Source: an uncultured Nitrospinota bacterium (GTDB lineage: Bacteria > Nitrospinota_A > UBA7883 > JAJRTC01). From it: a DNA stretch of 46,507 bases. Position numbers and translations under genes: made by a program. Below the pieces are notes generated by a model, which saw only the letters and a list, made by a program, of their open reading frames with translations, was not told the DNA's origin and ran no database searches. The stretch's first letter is position 1. Every line of letters starts with the position of its first letter. Positions 43,981 through 46,507 of the stretch are shown here, piece after piece. The DNA lies in contig CAYNDB010000002.1 of assembly GCA_964395915.1 (NCBI GenBank), forward strand, positions 10,817-57,323, written 5' to 3'.

Positions 43981-45177
43981 CTACCCTCTTTTCTTTCCTT
44001 TAAAGACGGTACCGACTTCCTTTTCATACCGCATATCCATAGAAAGCTCATCAATATCGGTAGTTTTCTGACCTCTGGAGGATTTGATATTGTCTATGCC
44101 GCGACCGACAACAGCCTTATGCGAAGCATAGCCTATCGCAGTATCTTCTGTAATCATACCTTGCAAAAACAGGTCCAGCAGGCTCTTGTCAAAGGTCTGC
44201 CATCCGAAAGGCTCGGCGGCTGTGATAATTTCGTAAAAGGTTTTACCTTCCTGTTCACCGTTCAAAATGGCGTCTTTCACACGAAGGTTGGTTCCCATTA
44301 TCTCAAATGCGGCTACTCGGCCCCCGCCAATTTTCGGCAAGAGCCGTTGGCAGACTATCCATTTTATCGACTCCGACAGCCTGATCCGGATTAATTTTTC
44401 CTCTTCAAGATCGAACATACCAATGATACGGTTTACGGTCTGTCCGGAATCGACCGTGTGTAATGTGCTCATGACAAGATGACCTGTCTCCGCTGATGAC
44501 AGGCCGATCTCAACGGTTTCCCTGTCGCGCATCTCACCTACCAATATCACTTTTGGAGCCTGGCGAAGCGCGGCTCTCAAGCCACTGACAAAAGAGTCGA
44601 AATCCTGCCCAAGCTCACGTTGATTGAATGTCGCTTTCTTGTGTGTATGCATATATTCCACAGGATCTTCAAGGGTCACCACATGCACAGATTTTTCGTC
44701 GTTGATAACATCGAGCATCGCCGCAAGCGATGTCGACTTACCGGAGCCTGTAGCGCCTGTGACAAGAACAAGTCCGTTCTTTTCCTGGGCGATTTTATGA
44801 AAGATTTTTGGCAGGCCAAGTTGTTCGACAGTAGGAATAACAGTTTCAAGCTTCCTCATTACAAGCGAAAAAGTGTTTCGCTGAGAGAAAATATTTACAC
44901 GGAACCTGGCTTTATCCGGAATATGGTGCGAACAGTCCGCCGACCCTTTTTCCAGAAGATGTTTCATGAGCCTCCTGTCGTTAGCGATAATATTCATCGC
45001 AACAGTTTCAGTCTGGAATGGTGTAAGCTTCCATATAGGCGGCTCGGTATTAACATCTACAAGTTGCCCGGAAGCCTCCACCTGCAAAGGTTTCCCGACA
45101 GTAAAGTTAAGATCTGACACGTTACTGTGGCTTGAGAGCATCGTGTCGAGGATGAAATCGACTTCTTTTTGCCTCAA
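43981..45177 (-). CDS. pilT: Type IV pilus retraction-type ATPase (PilT/PilU family)
   Basis: 398 aa. Walker A GATGSGKST, Asp box and Walker B (ILVGEMRD), His box (GHLVMSTLHT). The C-terminal region resembles PilU (GWQTFDKSLLDLF). Confidence 0.85.
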   Translation of the reverse strand: MRQKEVDFILDTMLSSHSNVSDLNFTVGKPLQVEASGQLVDVNTEPPIWKLTPFQTETVAMNIIANDRRLMKHLLEKGSADCSHHIPDKARFRVNIFSQRNTFSLVMRKLETVIPTVEQLGLPKIFHKIAQEKNGLVLVTGATGSGKSTSLAAMLDVINDEKSVHVVTLEDPVEYMHTHKKATFNQRELGQDFDSFVSGLRAALRQAPKVILVGEMRDRETVEIGLSSAETGHLVMSTLHTVDSGQTVNRIIGMFDLEEEKLIRIRLSESIKWIVCQRLLPKIGGGRVAAFEIMGTNLRVKDAILNGEQEGKTFYEIITAAEPFGWQTFDKSLLDLFLQGMITEDTAIGYASHKAVVGRGIDNIKSSRGQKTTDIDELSMDMRYEKEVGTVFKGKKRG

Positions 45178-45385
45178 TGCAAATTATCCTCCCGAGAATT
45201 CATTAGACACAGTCAAACCTGACAGTTACACATTTTACACCGACAAAGGCACATTAGTTCTGGACATTTGAATGGTTAACCGAAGATTGTTCGACATCTA
45301 TGAGCTGACAATAATTACGTTTCCGAAGGACTAACTTAAGTATTTGTAATTATATTACATTTAGCCGTTTCGTGAAATATATTTA

Positions 45386-46507
45386 TTATTGCTTGAACTG
45401 TTTTGACAGGCGCAACGACTGGTTGTAGTAATTTGAGCCTATTTCGGAGCCATACCAGATATTCGGCGCCTCGACCATCCGCTCGTATTTCATCTTGAAA
45501 AGTATCTGGCCATCCTCGATTATGAACGGCACATCATGCGGGCGCACTTCCAGGACAGCCTTTGTGCCTTTGATTTTACCGCTTTTCCCATAGCCGAAAC
45601 CGGGGTCGAAAAATCCTGCGTAATGAGTCCGAAGCTCTCCAGAGCCAGCGTCGAACTCCACCATCTCCGCCGAATAATTTACAGGCACACGGATACGTTC
45701 TTTTGACGCGAAAATATAAAACTCCTCAGGCTCAAGAATAAGCCCTCCTTTTGCTTTGGGGCGGATCGCTTCCCAGAAATCGTCCGCTTCGTAATGGGCG
45801 ATTTTTTCAAGGTCGATAACCTGGCTGTTCTTTTTTGCCTTATAGCCTATAGGCCCGCTGTTTGTGGAAGCCAGGTCAACGCTCATTAACAGACTGTCTC
45901 TCCTTAAATGCCTCAAATCACCTTTTATTAATTTGCCAGACGCATTGCAGAGCAACTCTTCTTTTACATAAAGATCGTATAGCTTTTTTTCACTTATAAA
46001 ATCATGCGGATATTCATTGTATGGAAGCAGTGGAACTTGTCCCTCATAAGACATCGAATTCTCAGGATTTAACTTAAACAGCCTGAGTTGATTCAATCGC
46101 TGTCCACAACGAACTTTAATAGTAAATGATCTGGGAACCACTTCAAGATAGAGGTTTCCAGCATACCCGGGCGCAATTTCTTCAAAGCGGGAACAATTAT
46201 CTGTTATAACCCTCGTAAATACGTCCAAACGCCCGGTGGAGCTTTTGGGGTTCGTCCTGCCCATCGTTGTTCGATCCAAATTAAGCGATTCCACCAAAGG
46301 AATTAAATAAACAGCCCCCTTTTCCAATATCCCGCCTTTATCCAGGTCCACTTCATACATTACAAGCTCTTTCATTCCCTCACGAACCGTATTGGACTGC
46401 GGAAGAAAGCTGGCCTGAAGCCTGTAAGCCACGGAACCCAGGGTAAGATCGATAGACGCCGGCTGAATATTATCTTTGATAGATTCTGGGCCTGTTTGGC
46501 TGGAAGC
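45386..46507 (-). CDS. dcd: Long-form 2'-deoxycytidine 5'-triphosphate deaminase (DCD family); the 5' end lies outside the window
   Basis: The ORF track begins at a GTG at 46432. The frame stays open to the window edge and reads ...IKDNIQPASIDLTLGSVAYRL, the conserved dCTP deaminase N-terminal block. At about 370 aa it is roughly twice the length of the canonical Dcd. Confidence 0.8.
   Translation of the reverse strand, partial: ASSQTGPESIKDNIQPASIDLTLGSVAYRLQASFLPQSNTVREGMKELVMYEVDLDKGGILEKGAVYLIPLVESLNLDRTTMGRTNPKSSTGRLDVFTRVITDNCSRFEEIAPGYAGNLYLEVVPRSFTIKVRCGQRLNQLRLFKLNPENSMSYEGQVPLLPYNEYPHDFISEKKLYDLYVKEELLCNASGKLIKGDLRHLRRDSLLMSVDLASTNSGPIGYKAKKNSQVIDLEKIAHYEADDFWEAIRPKAKGGLILEPEEFYIFASKERIRVPVNYSAEMVEFDAGSGELRTHYAGFFDPGFGYGKSGKIKGTKAVLEVRPHDVPFIIEDGQILFKMKYERMVEAPNIWYGSEIGSNYYNQSLRLSKQFKQ

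Noticed and set aside
1-46507. Mobile elements, CRISPR arrays, defence systems (restriction-modification, toxin-antitoxin, Cas, abortive infection) and rRNA/tRNA genes.
   Set aside because: I found no transposase, integrase or recombinase motifs. There are no regularly spaced direct repeats, no nuclease/methylase/ATPase cassettes of defence type and no tRNA cloverleaf candidates. The two small HTH genes have no adjacent toxin-like partner.

Overview
This is a 46.5 kb bacterial chromosomal segment with compact operons, Shine-Dalgarno sites and many ATGA-type start/stop overlaps. I saw no rRNA, tRNA, CRISPR array, transposase or integrase.

Gene content, left to right:
- (1) The left edge carries an ACIII/Qrc-type respiratory module: a membrane-anchored pentahaem cytochrome c, a Tat-exported molybdopterin-family subunit and a 4Fe-4S subunit that is cut by the window edge.
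- (2) Next come a small monohaem cytochrome c, a CPA2 cation:proton antiporter and a P2-type (Ca2+-like) P-type ATPase.
- (3) A complete, translationally coupled hypABFCDE [NiFe]-hydrogenase maturation operon follows.
- (4) Transcribed divergently from it is an uptake-type [NiFe]-hydrogenase operon with an unusual layout: cyt b, small subunit, large subunit, a second paralogous cyt b, then the endopeptidase. Downstream are a pentahaem cytochrome c and an 11-haem cytochrome c fused to a third dihaem-b membrane domain (CbcL-like). A convergent operon encodes a monohaem cytochrome c, a NapC/NirT-like cytochrome and a 2-TM microprotein.
- (5) The housekeeping block holds clpB, a LysM lytic transglycosylase, leuB-asd, an A-type Fe-S carrier, thyX, gltX and aspS.
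- (6) Within that block are a stand-alone GlmU uridyltransferase-domain gene and a coupled ATP-grasp/hydantoinase-like pair of the kind linked to methanofuran/H4MPT cofactor pathways.
- (7) A type IV pilus block contains a PilS-like kinase, pilC, a zinc-ribbon/degenerate-receiver protein and a PilT/PilU ATPase.
- (8) A long-form dCTP deaminase runs off the right edge.

The most interesting region is roughly 13.5-23.2 kb, the hydrogenase/multihaem island. It has 21 c-type haem motifs and three dihaem-b domains. The small subunit's proximal Fe-S cluster motif reads C-T-G-D instead of C-T-G-C.

All functional calls rest on motifs I read in the supplied translations. No database search was run.
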